This document shows positions 9,669 through 19,799 of a DNA stretch of 64,000 nt, piece by piece. The stretch's first letter is position 1. Each line of letters starts with the position of its first letter. The stretch is from Bacteroidia bacterium (GTDB lineage: Bacteria; Bacteroidota; Bacteroidia; UBA7662). A program made the translations under genes and the position numbers. The DNA lies in the NCBI GenBank assembly GCA_049431025.1, contig JBMTCP010000004.1, positions 17,080-81,079 of the forward strand, written 5' to 3'. The notes beneath the pieces are model-generated. The model was not told where the DNA came from and searched no databases. It worked only from the letters and a program-made list of their open reading frames with translations.

Positions 9669-10640
9669 TTACGGACTTTGGGGGTCTTTTGTTTTGAATG
9701 TTCTGAGCGTTTTGCGCAGTGCAGCCAAGCGCCTGAAATGCAAAAAACGCCGAACACGTCGGGTAGTTTCCCTAAGGATGTATCCAAAAAGAACAGCGGT
9801 ACCAAAACTGAAGGACGAATACACCACCGCAACCAAGGCCATCGCATTGTTATTGAGCATAACCTGCGAAACAAAAATGGCCAGGGAAACGTTTTGGAGG
9901 CCCACTTCCAAAGGTATCGTAATTCGACTCATAGGGCCAAGACGAAAAACAAAAGCGATAAGTAGTCCCAATAACATACCTAAACCATTGAGCAAGAGGG
10001 TTGGAGGCAACAAAGCACGTACCACAGAAACCAAGGATTCGGTCTCCCGGTGTTCGGCACCTGCTACACCCGCGAAGGCCACCAACAACATCAGGGGCAT
10101 CAGGTAACGCAGGGGTCTATCGGCAGCTTTGGCAAAGGCAGGGTATTGCGAACGAATCCATATACCCACCCCCGTTGGCAGCAATGTTATCACGGCGATG
10201 TCCATCACCGTTTCCCCAAAAGGAAGACTAATCTGAGCAGATTGTCCCATAAAATGGGCTAATGAAAGGTCCACCAACCAAGGAATAGTGAATACACACA
10301 ATAAGGAATTGAGTGTCGTTAAACTCATGGACAAGGCCACGTTGGCTTTGAGCAAATGGCTGATTAAACCCGCAGAAGCTCCACCTGGACAGGACGCAAC
10401 CACCATAAGGCCTGTGGCGTAGGCGGGGGCCAAGCCAAACGCATTAGCTAATCCAAAAGCCAACAGGGGAAGGACTGCCATTTGGGCAACCAAACCAACC
10501 AGAACCGCTTTGGGAAATCGCAAAACATTCCGGAAATTCTGGATACTCAGGGACAAACCCATACCAGCCATAATCAACACCAAGGTGGCCGGTAAAAAAT
10601 AAGCAGAGAAAAAAGCCTTATCCATGGGTGGAGTCAACAT
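9669..10640 (-). CDS. Bile acid:sodium symporter (BASS) family transporter
   Basis: 10-TM protein with VVASCPGGASAGLISHLL signature typical of BASS/ACR3 fold. Confidence 0.75.
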   Translation of the reverse strand: MLTPPMDKAFFSAYFLPATLVLIMAGMGLSLSIQNFRNVLRFPKAVLVGLVAQMAVLPLLAFGLANAFGLAPAYATGLMVVASCPGGASAGLISHLLKANVALSMSLTTLNSLLCVFTIPWLVDLSLAHFMGQSAQISLPFGETVMDIAVITLLPTGVGIWIRSQYPAFAKAADRPLRYLMPLMLLVAFAGVAGAEHRETESLVSVVRALLPPTLLLNGLGMLLGLLIAFVFRLGPMSRITIPLEVGLQNVSLAIFVSQVMLNNNAMALVAVVYSSFSFGTAVLFGYILRETTRRVRRFLHFRRLAALRKTLRTFKTKDPQSP

Positions 10641-10663
10641 GTGTTAATAAACCACCTCAGCGA

Positions 10664-11401
10664 TCAGGACTTTAGCCTAAGTCCAAAACGATTGAACTCA
10701 TCCTGTGTTTCAATTTCTAAACGACCAACTTGCAGCATTTCGAGCATGGCCAAAAAGGTAAAAATGGCTTGCATCTTGTCGGTAAAATCCACAAATAAGT
10801 CCTCAAAAGTCACAAAATCCTTGGCATTGAGACGATTGGCTAGGTAATTTCGTTGGGCAGCAATGGAATACGGGTAGGGCGTGACTTTGTGCACGACCTT
10901 AATTCGTGCACTGCCCCTGGCCACTGCCTGATGAAAATACTTGAGCAATTGGTAGAGATCCACATGCAATAAATCCTGATCAATCCCAAGGCTTTGCTCG
11001 ACATGACGCCACTCGTTTTCTTTATTTCCCCTAGGCAGCAAGGATTGCCTGTGCTGCTCCATGGCTTGGAGTTCTTCGGTGACCGCCTTGTAGCGCTTGT
11101 ACTCCAATAATCGAGCCGCCAGATCCGCACGCGGGTCTATCTCTTCACCTTGTTCGTCCAATTCGGGACGTGGTAAAAGCATGCGCGCTTTGATCCGAAT
11201 CAGGGTTGCCGCAACCAAAATAAATTCCGAGGCCAGCTCAATATTGAGCTCAGCCATTTGCTGCATGTACGCCAAAAAGTCCGCCGTGATTCGCCCTATG
11301 GGAATATCCTGAATATCCAGTTCGTCTCGTTCGATAAAAAACAAGAGAAGGTCAAACGGTCCTTCAAAACGGTTAAGTCGAATTTGATACGTTTCGCTCA
11401 T
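10664..11401 (-). CDS. scpA: Segregation and condensation protein A
   Basis: N-terminal YQIRLNRFEGPFDLLLFFIERDELDIQDIPIGRITADFL ScpA motif; 245 aa. Confidence 0.85.
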   Translation of the reverse strand: MSETYQIRLNRFEGPFDLLLFFIERDELDIQDIPIGRITADFLAYMQQMAELNIELASEFILVAATLIRIKARMLLPRPELDEQGEEIDPRADLAARLLEYKRYKAVTEELQAMEQHRQSLLPRGNKENEWRHVEQSLGIDQDLLHVDLYQLLKYFHQAVARGSARIKVVHKVTPYPYSIAAQRNYLANRLNAKDFVTFEDLFVDFTDKMQAIFTFLAMLEMLQVGRLEIETQDEFNRFGLRLKS

Positions 11402-11434
11402 GGAATGGGACGAAAGATAACGCCGAACAGAGGC

Positions 11435-12733
11435 CTAAGGACCGGCTACGACAACCACCGCCTGATCCGGATCCAGGTAGTCCTGGGCCAAACGACGAAG
11501 GGCTCCGGGTGTTATTTCCTGCATGGTTTGAACCGACGCCCTCAAAAATGATTCGTCCAGGCCATGGTGCCATAAATCCCAGTAACGGTCCATCATGGCC
11601 AAGGGGCCATCCATACCCGCCATCCATTGCCCGTACAAATACGACAGGACCCGCTCAAATTCCGGACGGCCAACCTCTTCTTCACCAAGCCTTTGCAACT
11701 CAAAACGTACTTCATCCAAAGCAAGCTCTGCCGAACCGGCCTGGAGTTCAGACTGTACCGTCATTAGGGCATGGTCCCCAAACGAACGAAGACCCGCCCC
11801 GATTCCATAGGTCAGTCCCTTTTCTTCCCGTAAGTTTTGCATAAGCCGGGAACCAAAATACCCGCCCAGAAGCACGGTCATGATCTTGAGACCATGGTAA
11901 TCAGGGTGAGTTTTGGAGGGAAAAACCATCGTTGAGCGTAAAGCAACCTGCACGGCATCCTTCATGTTCACATGAACCAAGGTGGGCGCAGGGTTGGGCT
12001 GGGCATGGACCGGTTGAATTTTATCCAAAGCCACTTCATGTCCATTGCCGATGGTCATGGGCCAGGCCGCCTGGACATCGTTCAAGATTCGGGGGAGCCA
12101 TTGCTCAGCCGCTGGACCGCAGACCCCAAGGGCCGGAGGGTTATTCCTTAGCAAGACCCGGTGTGCTGTTCGCAACTCTTCTACCGTCAAGGATTCATAG
12201 TCCGACGGATACGAAAGGCGTTGCTCTGGATGTCCATCCGGATAAATCAATGAGCGGCTGCGGCGTGATGCGGCCACGGTGACTTTACGGGACTCTATAT
12301 TCCAATGCTGAATTTTGGATTGGAGGATGGACTTTAACGCCAACCCGTCAAAGGCCGGTTCCAGTAGAGCCTCCAAAAACAAAGGCCAAACCTTTTCCAC
12401 ATACGTTTCCAGGACATAGAGGGTAGCGGTACAACGTTCCTGTTCGATTGAAAACTGAGCCTGTGCACCCCAAAAATCCATGGCACCTGTCCATTCCGAG
12501 GCGTTTCGATGAACTGTTCCTTCGCTCAACATACGGGTCATGAGTCTGCCCGACAAAAAAACCGGTTCTTGCCAGGTTCCAACTTTCCATTGAAGATCGA
12601 TACGCAACAAAGGTTCCCTCCCCAGGTTCAAAAGCGCAGTCGTTCCGTGGTACGTACCGACCAATTGGGGCCAAGACCAGGTCAGGGGTGGATTACCCGA
12701 GACCAAGGGTTTCCGTTGACGGTCAAGCTTCAT
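11435..12733 (-). CDS. M16-family peptidase, non-catalytic (inactive) subunit-like partner
   Basis: Insulinase-fold protein lacking HxxEH, directly downstream (10-nt overlap) of the catalytic M16 gene. Confidence 0.75.
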   Translation of the reverse strand: MKLDRQRKPLVSGNPPLTWSWPQLVGTYHGTTALLNLGREPLLRIDLQWKVGTWQEPVFLSGRLMTRMLSEGTVHRNASEWTGAMDFWGAQAQFSIEQERCTATLYVLETYVEKVWPLFLEALLEPAFDGLALKSILQSKIQHWNIESRKVTVAASRRSRSLIYPDGHPEQRLSYPSDYESLTVEELRTAHRVLLRNNPPALGVCGPAAEQWLPRILNDVQAAWPMTIGNGHEVALDKIQPVHAQPNPAPTLVHVNMKDAVQVALRSTMVFPSKTHPDYHGLKIMTVLLGGYFGSRLMQNLREEKGLTYGIGAGLRSFGDHALMTVQSELQAGSAELALDEVRFELQRLGEEEVGRPEFERVLSYLYGQWMAGMDGPLAMMDRYWDLWHHGLDESFLRASVQTMQEITPGALRRLAQDYLDPDQAVVVVAGP

Positions 12734-13973
12734 GTTCCTGGGGTAAGTACCTCAATACCGAGGCGTTATGAGGCTGTAATATTCCATCGGCCTGGGCCCT
12801 TATCGAAGCCGGGGTCACGGCTCGGTATCGTTCCAATTCCTGATCGTAATCCTCAGCCCTGCTGAGGTATTCAAAATAACATAAATTCATCGCCATATTC
12901 AGGCCCTGTAAGCGGGAAAATACCAGCGAAGATTCGATTTGATGAAGGCTTTTATCTCGTTCAAATTCGGAAATTTCGTGGTTTCGAAGTTGGTCCAGGG
13001 ATTCCCAAACGGCGTTCTCGGCTCGGTCCAATTCCACGCCGGGAGCACAATGTCCGCTCACCACCAACAAACCGGGATCCATGTCGCCTGTAACATAGGC
13101 GTTCAAATCAGAAAATAGCCCCTGATCCATGACCAGTTCCCTAAAAAGTCTGGAGGATTGACCGCGCGATAACACATCCGTAATCAAATCACAGGCATGG
13201 TAGGCGGCATCTCCCCTACCCGGCATATGAAAAGCCATGTACAAGGCAGGGGCCGGATACGCCCCGTGTTTGTCCAGCCTACGGATCCCTTTTTGGGCCG
13301 GCTCCAAGGGCCGGGTATGAGGTTGATAACCGGAAGGTAAGGCGTCTCCGAACCAGCGCTCCACCAGATCCATAACCCTGGCCGGTTCGTAGGGCCCACT
13401 CACCGCCAAAATCATTCGATCAGGCGCATAAAAGCGATTTTTGAAGGCCAAAACGTCATCCAAACTGGCCTTTTCGATATGAGCAGGTTCTTTGCCTATG
13501 GTCGCCCAGCGATAAGGATGGGCGGTATAGGCCAGCTGACGTAATTCAAGCCAAGCATCGCCGTAGGGTTGATTAAGGTAGCGTTGCTTGAACTCCTCAA
13601 TCACGACGCTTTTTTGGGTATCCAAGGCTTTTTGGTCGATGATGGGGTAACCCATCCTATCGCTCTCCAACCACAAGGCGACCTCAAGTTGATGCGAGGG
13701 AAAGGTGAGGTAATAATCGGTGAGATCGTTGGAGGTAAAGGCGTTGTTTTCGGCCCCCATGGATTGAGCAACTTGATCGTACGATGGAATGTGTTGGGAA
13801 CCTGAAAACATCAGGTGCTCAAAGAGATGCGCAAAGCCGGTATGATCAGGATCCTCGTCCCGGGAACCGGCCTTGACCATCAGGTTAAGGGCACCCATGC
13901 GGGTATTGGGGTCCGGATGCACCAGGACCGTCAACCCGTTGGCGAGTATCTTTTTGGTGAAATGGGTCTTCAT
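12723..13973 (-). CDS. M16-family zinc peptidase (insulinase/pitrilysin-like), catalytic subunit
   Basis: Inverted zinc motif [14 protein letters not shown] (HxxEH) plus downstream E; 416 aa. Confidence 0.85.
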   Translation of the reverse strand: MKTHFTKKILANGLTVLVHPDPNTRMGALNLMVKAGSRDEDPDHTGFAHLFEHLMFSGSQHIPSYDQVAQSMGAENNAFTSNDLTDYYLTFPSHQLEVALWLESDRMGYPIIDQKALDTQKSVVIEEFKQRYLNQPYGDAWLELRQLAYTAHPYRWATIGKEPAHIEKASLDDVLAFKNRFYAPDRMILAVSGPYEPARVMDLVERWFGDALPSGYQPHTRPLEPAQKGIRRLDKHGAYPAPALYMAFHMPGRGDAAYHACDLITDVLSRGQSSRLFRELVMDQGLFSDLNAYVTGDMDPGLLVVSGHCAPGVELDRAENAVWESLDQLRNHEISEFERDKSLHQIESSLVFSRLQGLNMAMNLCYFEYLSRAEDYDQELERYRAVTPASIRAQADGILQPHNASVLRYLPQEHEA

Positions 13974-15181
13974 GGCTTGACCGGAAGGTCCAAGTGATGC
14001 CCCATTTTGTCCCGTTTGGTTTCGAGATAACGCAGGTTATGTGGATTAGGGGGAACCGCGATGGGGATGAACGAAACCACCTCCAAACCGTAACCAATTA
14101 ATCCGGCTCTTTTGGTGGGGTTATTGGTCATCAGCTCCATCCTTTGAACGCCAAGTTGGCGAAGTATTTGTGCCCCTATCCCGTAATCCCTTTCGTCCAT
14201 CGCGAATCCAAGGGCTTGGTTAGCTTCCACCGTATCCATTCCTTCTTCTTGCAATCGATAGGCTTTGAGTTTGTTGATAAGGCCAATTCCCCGACCTTCT
14301 TGGTTCATGTACAATACGACACCACGTCCCCGTTCTTGGATCATACGCATGGCTTCCTGCAGTTGAGGACCACAATCGCAACGGCATGAACCAAAAATAT
14401 CCCCGGTCATGCACGAGGAATGCACCCGGACCGGAATCGCTTCATCCGGAGTCCAAGTACCCTTGACCAAGGCTAGATGTTCCTGAGCGCCCCCTTCCTG
14501 TCCGAAAGCAACCAAGCGAAAATCACCGTGAACGGTGGGTAAATCAACCTCCACCAAGCGGTCCACCAAATTCTCGGTACGCAAGCGGTACGCAATCAAA
14601 TCCTGAATACTCACCAAAGGCAATTGATGTTGGTCGGCAATCCGCCTCAAATCCGGAAGGCGAGCCATGGTGCCATCCTCGTTCATGATTTCACAAATGA
14701 CCCCACCGGGTTCCAGGCCGGCTAATTTCGAAAAATCTACCGCAGCTTCGGTGTGTCCTGCCCGACGTAGCACCCCTTCTTTGCGGGCCATGAGTGGAAA
14801 AATATGTCCGGGGCGGCCAAAGTCCGAAGGAACGGAGACGGGGTCCATCAGCGCCTGTATGGTTCGGGCCCTGTCCGGAGCAGAAATACCTGTTGAACAC
14901 CCATCCCCCAAATAATCCACCGAAATCGTGAATGGCGTTTGGTGAGAAGTTGTATTCCGGGTGACCATGGGCGTCAAATCCAGGGCCAAACAACGCTCTT
15001 CGGGCAGGGGCGTACAAATCAATCCTCTCCCGTAGGTCGCCATAAAATTGATCATTTCGGGGGTCACCTTGGAGGCTGCTGCAACAAAGTCCCCCTCGTT
15101 CTCACGGTCCTCATCGTCCACCACCACAATGACGCCACCTCTAGCAATCACTTCTACAGCCTCTTCGATGGTATTGAGCAT
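13970..15181 (-). CDS. ribBA: Bifunctional 3,4-dihydroxy-2-butanone-4-phosphate synthase / GTP cyclohydrolase II
   Basis: N-terminal RibB motif [12 protein letters not shown]; C-terminal GCHII Zn-binding motif [18 protein letters not shown]. Confidence 0.9.
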   Translation of the reverse strand: MLNTIEEAVEVIARGGVIVVVDDEDRENEGDFVAAASKVTPEMINFMATYGRGLICTPLPEERCLALDLTPMVTRNTTSHQTPFTISVDYLGDGCSTGISAPDRARTIQALMDPVSVPSDFGRPGHIFPLMARKEGVLRRAGHTEAAVDFSKLAGLEPGGVICEIMNEDGTMARLPDLRRIADQHQLPLVSIQDLIAYRLRTENLVDRLVEVDLPTVHGDFRLVAFGQEGGAQEHLALVKGTWTPDEAIPVRVHSSCMTGDIFGSCRCDCGPQLQEAMRMIQERGRGVVLYMNQEGRGIGLINKLKAYRLQEEGMDTVEANQALGFAMDERDYGIGAQILRQLGVQRMELMTNNPTKRAGLIGYGLEVVSFIPIAVPPNPHNLRYLETKRDKMGHHLDLPVKP

Positions 15182-15250
15182 GGGAACGGGGTTTATGAGC
15201 GCAAAAATACGGCCCTTGCCCTACCATCGTTAATTTGGAGTCCTAAAAGA

Positions 15251-16534
15251 ACCTTCCTTTTGTTGTCTTCAGCCGCCACCCATCCTTGGTCATTGGGATT
15301 GCACAAATCCCCAACGACTGACCCGGAAAAGTGGGTTTTTGATTGGGCTTTGGTTCTTTTGGTGGTATCCCTACCCTTGTCCAAAGCGGTAGGGTCCTTG
15401 GCAGAGGCCCTAATGGGCGCTAGCTGGTTGATTTCCCTTAGGAGACCGGGGCAAGCGCTTGATTTACGAAGAAACTTTTTGGCAAATAAAATGTTATGGG
15501 GATTTCCAGCCGTATATCTGGGACTCTTGTGGGGAAGTTTCTACTCCGAAAACGTAGGGGAAACCTGGGCTGAACTGAACCTCAAACATTATTTTTTGAC
15601 ACTACCCTTGATGATAGGGTCTTGGCCGCCCTCCCAACACCGTCTTCGATGGGCCTTGCCTGGTTTTGTGCTTGCAAATTTGGTGGTGGCGATGTCGATT
15701 CTGGGCATTGTTTGGACCGGGAAGCCCTGGATGTTGGGAACCCCGGAAATCCCTTCACCTTGGATTCAGCGGCCACGGGCTTCGATTTTTCTTGCCTTAA
15801 GCTTATTGGGGCTTATCCATTGGGCCTTTGAGACATACCGCGGTAATAAGTCTGGCCTGCGATCATGGGTGCTGTGGTCCTTAGCTTTTTGCCTGCTCTT
15901 GACCGGCCTCCTTCTCCTGAAAGGACGAATAGGCCAGGTCGGCCTTGTAGGAGGTATCGCTTGGATGGGATGGCGAACCTTTAAGCAACTAAAAAACCAA
16001 GTTAAGGTGTTGGCTCTGCTCACCCTGGCTTGTTTATTAGCCTGGAGCCAATTGGACTCGGTACGTCATCCCTTTGAGGAGGCTGTACAAGAAATCAAAG
16101 AAAGTCAAACCGGTTATCCCAGCAGCGAACCTGAATTTTCGTCTATGGGCATGCGATTCACGTATTGGTCGACGTATGCCCGGCTGTGGTTGGAGCACCC
16201 TTGGTTGGGCGTGGGAACGGGGGATTTAGTTCCGATTGGAAGACAATTGTTCGAAAACCATCCTTTGGAAATTCCGTTTCACCGACCCCATAATCAATGG
16301 CTCGAATTAGCCGTGCAATTGGGCATACCCGGGATGGTCTTGCTCGCTTGGGCCTGGTGGCTCTTTTGGAAAAACCGACCAAGCCAACACCGGGTCCTCA
16401 CGGAGATATTTCATCTCCTCTTTTTGGGTAGCACGTTTTTGGACAGCACCCTGAGCACCCAAACGGGGATTAGCGCATTTATGGCTCTGGCTTTGGTCCT
16501 GCACTATACCGCAAAAGACCAAGATTTAGGTTAA
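15251..16534 (+). CDS. O-antigen ligase (Wzy_C/WaaL) family polytopic membrane protein; start codon uncertain (TTG 15251 or ATG 15413)
   Basis: Multi-TM protein with HRPHNQWLELAVQLGIPG motif in large periplasmic loop; ORF-track ATG at 14939 would overlap ribBA antisense by 243 nt, so a downstream non-ATG start is more likely. Confidence 0.6.
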   Translation, partial: TFLLLSSAATHPWSLGLHKSPTTDPEKWVFDWALVLLVVSLPLSKAVGSLAEALMGASWLISLRRPGQALDLRRNFLANKMLWGFPAVYLGLLWGSFYSENVGETWAELNLKHYFLTLPLMIGSWPPSQHRLRWALPGFVLANLVVAMSILGIVWTGKPWMLGTPEIPSPWIQRPRASIFLALSLLGLIHWAFETYRGNKSGLRSWVLWSLAFCLLLTGLLLLKGRIGQVGLVGGIAWMGWRTFKQLKNQVKVLALLTLACLLAWSQLDSVRHPFEEAVQEIKESQTGYPSSEPEFSSMGMRFTYWSTYARLWLEHPWLGVGTGDLVPIGRQLFENHPLEIPFHRPHNQWLELAVQLGIPGMVLLAWAWWLFWKNRPSQHRVLTEIFHLLFLGSTFLDSTLSTQTGISAFMALALVLHYTAKDQDLG

Positions 16535-16537
16535 CCT

Positions 16538-17287
16538 TTAATAGAAGTTAGCTAACTCAAAGGCCTGAACAACAGACTTCCAGGCTTTTTGAGGATTTTC
16601 TTCAAAAACAGAACCCATCACGACCCAATCGGCACCAGCCTGACGTAAGGCAACCGCTTGCTCAGCCTTTCTTACGCCACCGCCCACCACCAAAGGAACC
16701 TCAACAGCCTGCCGAACAGCTTGAACCATATTGGTCGAAACGGGAAAGAGCGCCCCCGATCCGCAGTCCATATAAATGATCTTGAGGCCCAGCTGGGCCC
16801 CGGCCATTGCGGTAACCGCTGCAACATCGGGTTTGTCGGCGGGCAAAGGTTGGGTTTGGGTGATGTAATGCGCGGTAGTAGCCTTGCCTCCATCCACCAG
16901 CATGTAACCGGTTGGTATGATGGACAACCCTGATTCTCGCAAGGCCACAGCCGCTTGAACATGTTGACCAATGAGGTACTCTGGATTACGGCCTGAAATC
17001 AATGAAAGTAACAAAATGGCATCGGCCTTAGAGGAGACCTGAAGCATGGAGCCGGGGAACAAAATCACCGGTAGTTCAACATGCGTTGCCAACCAATCCA
17101 GGGTTGAGCTAAAGGAGGCGCTTGTTTGAAGGCTCCCCCCTACCAGAAAACCCTGGACCGGCCCGCCATCCATTTCGGCCAATAGTGGTTGCCAATCCTT
17201 GGGGCGAAAGCGATCGGGATCCAAAAGAACCCACAGACCAGGTTCCCCTGAATTTCGCTGACTAAGGTTAACTTTGGAGTAGGCCAT
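16538..17287 (-). CDS. Geranylgeranylglyceryl-phosphate synthase (GGGPS/PcrB) family prenyltransferase
   Basis: Collinear with B. subtilis PcrB: FLVGGS, ILFPG, LSLISGRNPEYL, YMDCGSG, VVGGGV, VVMGSVFEEN; 249 aa TIM-barrel. Confidence 0.8.
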   Translation of the reverse strand: MAYSKVNLSQRNSGEPGLWVLLDPDRFRPKDWQPLLAEMDGGPVQGFLVGGSLQTSASFSSTLDWLATHVELPVILFPGSMLQVSSKADAILLLSLISGRNPEYLIGQHVQAAVALRESGLSIIPTGYMLVDGGKATTAHYITQTQPLPADKPDVAAVTAMAGAQLGLKIIYMDCGSGALFPVSTNMVQAVRQAVEVPLVVGGGVRKAEQAVALRQAGADWVVMGSVFEENPQKAWKSVVQAFELANFY

Positions 17288-17327
17288 GGCTTACCCAAAG
17301 ATACCTCGTTCGTTCCCTAGAGACGCC

Positions 17328-18821
17328 ATGAAATGGGGGTTAAAGTCCGCCTTGATTTTGTTTTTGGCTGTTATGGGCCTGTCCGCCGGGGATAAGCCCG
17401 GCCTTCGTTTAGGTTGGCAAGGCCTTCCCAAGGAATTCAGAAACGCGGAAGAATGGAAAATTGCAGGTCAAACGCGGACAGGTTTGTGGTTTTACCTTCG
17501 CCAAAAGGGTCAGCATCAACTGGAATTTCGGGATCAACGCAACCAATTCAGAAAGAGAGTCCACTTGCCCGATTACATAGGCCGGCATTCCTACCTCAAG
17601 GTGATAGAAAATAAAGGCCAGGCCATCCTTCTTTTTGACCTATACAACGCGGAGCGTGGAGAACATGGTTTTTTTGCTGCCCCTCTGCCTGTGGATAGCC
17701 TTACCTTGGGGCAACCGCTTTTGATCACCGAGGTTCAAAATCTCGGGAACCGGGAACCGATCCGTTACCAGGTCCTTAGCGACCCCCTTTCTTCGGAGCT
17801 GGTGATTTTGCATACCACCATGCGGGCCCTATCCCTGGAACTCCATGCAACGATTTTGAATGCGAATCTGGAGGTGGTGGATACGCTGTTCAGCAGCATA
17901 CAAGGCTTTGGTGATAATCCTTATCGAGGCCTTTTTTTCGAAGAATGTTACGACATTCGCCGAGTAGGACCCCGTCGATTGGGGATGCTCTTTGATTTCA
18001 AGGACCAAGCCAAAGACCGCAAACCGCCTCAACAAGGTCTAATCTTGGTGGATTGGCATCATCACCGGGTTCACGCTTTTGAGCTGAAAGCCCCCACCGT
18101 GTCCCAACAAATCCTGGAATTAGCCCATTCCGGTAGTAGCGACTCGGTTTTGATCTATGGCTTTGCGACAGGGGGTGCCAACCGAACCCCTTTGGCTACT
18201 TTGTGTTATGGTTTTCGTTTTTTTGGCCAAGAGCCCTACCCTTTGGAGGTTAGGCTTACGCCTTTGGGGCCTGATTTTATTCGACTATGCGAACAATTAT
18301 CCTCGGTCGCAAGGGCCTCCAACGTGCGTCATCTTCCGGAATTGCATCTCCAAACGCACCGTGATCGCAGTGCAACTTTGGCTTGGCGACGTCGTTACCG
18401 TAGCTCCGAAACCATGGTGCAGTACAGCCAAGGCATGCCTATTTACCGGGAGATTGTTCGGCATCATGCCGAAGAGTGGGTGCTGGTCCGCTGCGCACCC
18501 AATGGAGATCTTGGTTGGAAGCAAATTATTCCTATGAGTTTAACCATGCAAGAACCCGGTGAACAATTGGAAAGCCAAAGTTTGGTCCTTGGACCCTCGG
18601 TTTGGCTTACCGGATACCAATCCGTTAACAACCGGGTTCGGCCCTTTGCTTTCAAAATTCAGTCGGATGGGGCGGTGTACAACGGCGATCTGGAGGGGCG
18701 CTTAGACGACTTGTTTATTACTTGGCGCTTTCCCCTCAGTTCGGACCCCAACACTTCGCTTTTTCCCTCGCGACGAGGCGGTCGTGAAGGTTTGCTTTAC
18801 CTACATCAGCCGACCCCATGA
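17328..18821 (+). CDS. Hypothetical secreted protein (no recognisable family); ORF-track start 17286
   Basis: Signal-peptide-like N-terminus MKWGLKSALILFLAVMGLSAG from internal Met; 497-511 aa; stop overlaps start of next gene (ATGA). Confidence 0.55.
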   Translation: MKWGLKSALILFLAVMGLSAGDKPGLRLGWQGLPKEFRNAEEWKIAGQTRTGLWFYLRQKGQHQLEFRDQRNQFRKRVHLPDYIGRHSYLKVIENKGQAILLFDLYNAERGEHGFFAAPLPVDSLTLGQPLLITEVQNLGNREPIRYQVLSDPLSSELVILHTTMRALSLELHATILNANLEVVDTLFSSIQGFGDNPYRGLFFEECYDIRRVGPRRLGMLFDFKDQAKDRKPPQQGLILVDWHHHRVHAFELKAPTVSQQILELAHSGSSDSVLIYGFATGGANRTPLATLCYGFRFFGQEPYPLEVRLTPLGPDFIRLCEQLSSVARASNVRHLPELHLQTHRDRSATLAWRRRYRSSETMVQYSQGMPIYREIVRHHAEEWVLVRCAPNGDLGWKQIIPMSLTMQEPGEQLESQSLVLGPSVWLTGYQSVNNRVRPFAFKIQSDGAVYNGDLEGRLDDLFITWRFPLSSDPNTSLFPSRRGGREGLLYLHQPTP

Positions 18822-19768
18822 TTTCATTTTGGTTTTCAAGATCCTTTGCCCCTTGGAATTACCTTTTGGTTGCCCCTGGAGCAGCCCTGCTTTTGGGACT
18901 AAGCACATGGTTGGGGCCTAGGCTGTGGACCTTGGGCCCCAACGGGGTTACCGATTCTTGGTCTTGGCCTATGTTAACGTTTTGGGTAGCCCTTACGTCG
19001 GTGGTTGCAATCACCGATCAGTTGTTACAGAACCGCCTCAAGTCCGTCGATGGGCAACCTTTACCTTTTCTATTTTGGCTGATGGCCATGTGCTCAACCG
19101 ATGCCCTACGCTGGTCATGGAGTATGAGCATGGCATCGCTGGGCCTTGCCTTATTCGTTTGGGCTTGGTTGCATTTTCAAAATCAAGAAACAGCCCTTTC
19201 CCTTTTTGGTGCTGGATTGGCCGCCGGATTGGGTAGCCTTTATGAAACGACCCTTTTGGCCTTGCTGGTGTTTGGGGTTATCGCCTTGGCGGTTTGGCAC
19301 CAAAAGTCCTTGAAACGCAGTGTGGTTTTGTTGTTGGGTGTTGGCTTGCCTTGGTATGGATTGTGGGCAGGCTCGGTGCTCCTGGAGCGTCCGTGGATAA
19401 GCGAGGCCATGGGTTCGCCGAACAACCCAACCTGGTTAGCTCCCCAAAAAATTGGGGGGACCTTGCCTTGGGATTGGCTCTTTCTGCTAGGTATTGCGGC
19501 TGCAGGGATGTTTTTTCGTTGGATACAGCCCGCAGAATTTCATCCCTTTTTGCGTACGGTCCTTGCGCAGGGTCTATTCATGGTCATCGTTCTCGGGGTA
19601 GCCGCTTGGCTTAATGCGGGTGATCCCTGGGTCATGGTGGCGGTTTCGGCCCCGTTATGGGCCTTGTGGGGTGGTTCTTACCTGCAATTCAGCAATGCCA
19701 CATGGATCAACGATCTCTTGTTTTTGATTTGGTTGGTTTTGTTGATTTACCAACGGGTTCTTGCCTAA
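18818..19768 (+). CDS. Hypothetical polytopic membrane protein (Trp/Leu-rich, ~8 TM)
   Basis: Translationally coupled to upstream ORF; highly hydrophobic; 3' end overlaps purQ. Confidence 0.55.
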   Translation: MISFWFSRSFAPWNYLLVAPGAALLLGLSTWLGPRLWTLGPNGVTDSWSWPMLTFWVALTSVVAITDQLLQNRLKSVDGQPLPFLFWLMAMCSTDALRWSWSMSMASLGLALFVWAWLHFQNQETALSLFGAGLAAGLGSLYETTLLALLVFGVIALAVWHQKSLKRSVVLLLGVGLPWYGLWAGSVLLERPWISEAMGSPNNPTWLAPQKIGGTLPWDWLFLLGIAAAGMFFRWIQPAEFHPFLRTVLAQGLFMVIVLGVAAWLNAGDPWVMVAVSAPLWALWGGSYLQFSNATWINDLLFLIWLVLLIYQRVLA

Positions 19769-19799
19769 AACGTCTAATTTTGCCCTTCAACAAAATCTT

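Noticed and set aside
15182-15400. Possible FMN (RFN) riboswitch upstream of ribBA (minus strand)
   Set aside because: Only a GGATGGG fragment matches. The hallmark GGGTGAAATTCCC and CCGACAGT boxes are absent, and the region is occupied by the 5' end of the O-antigen-ligase-family ORF.
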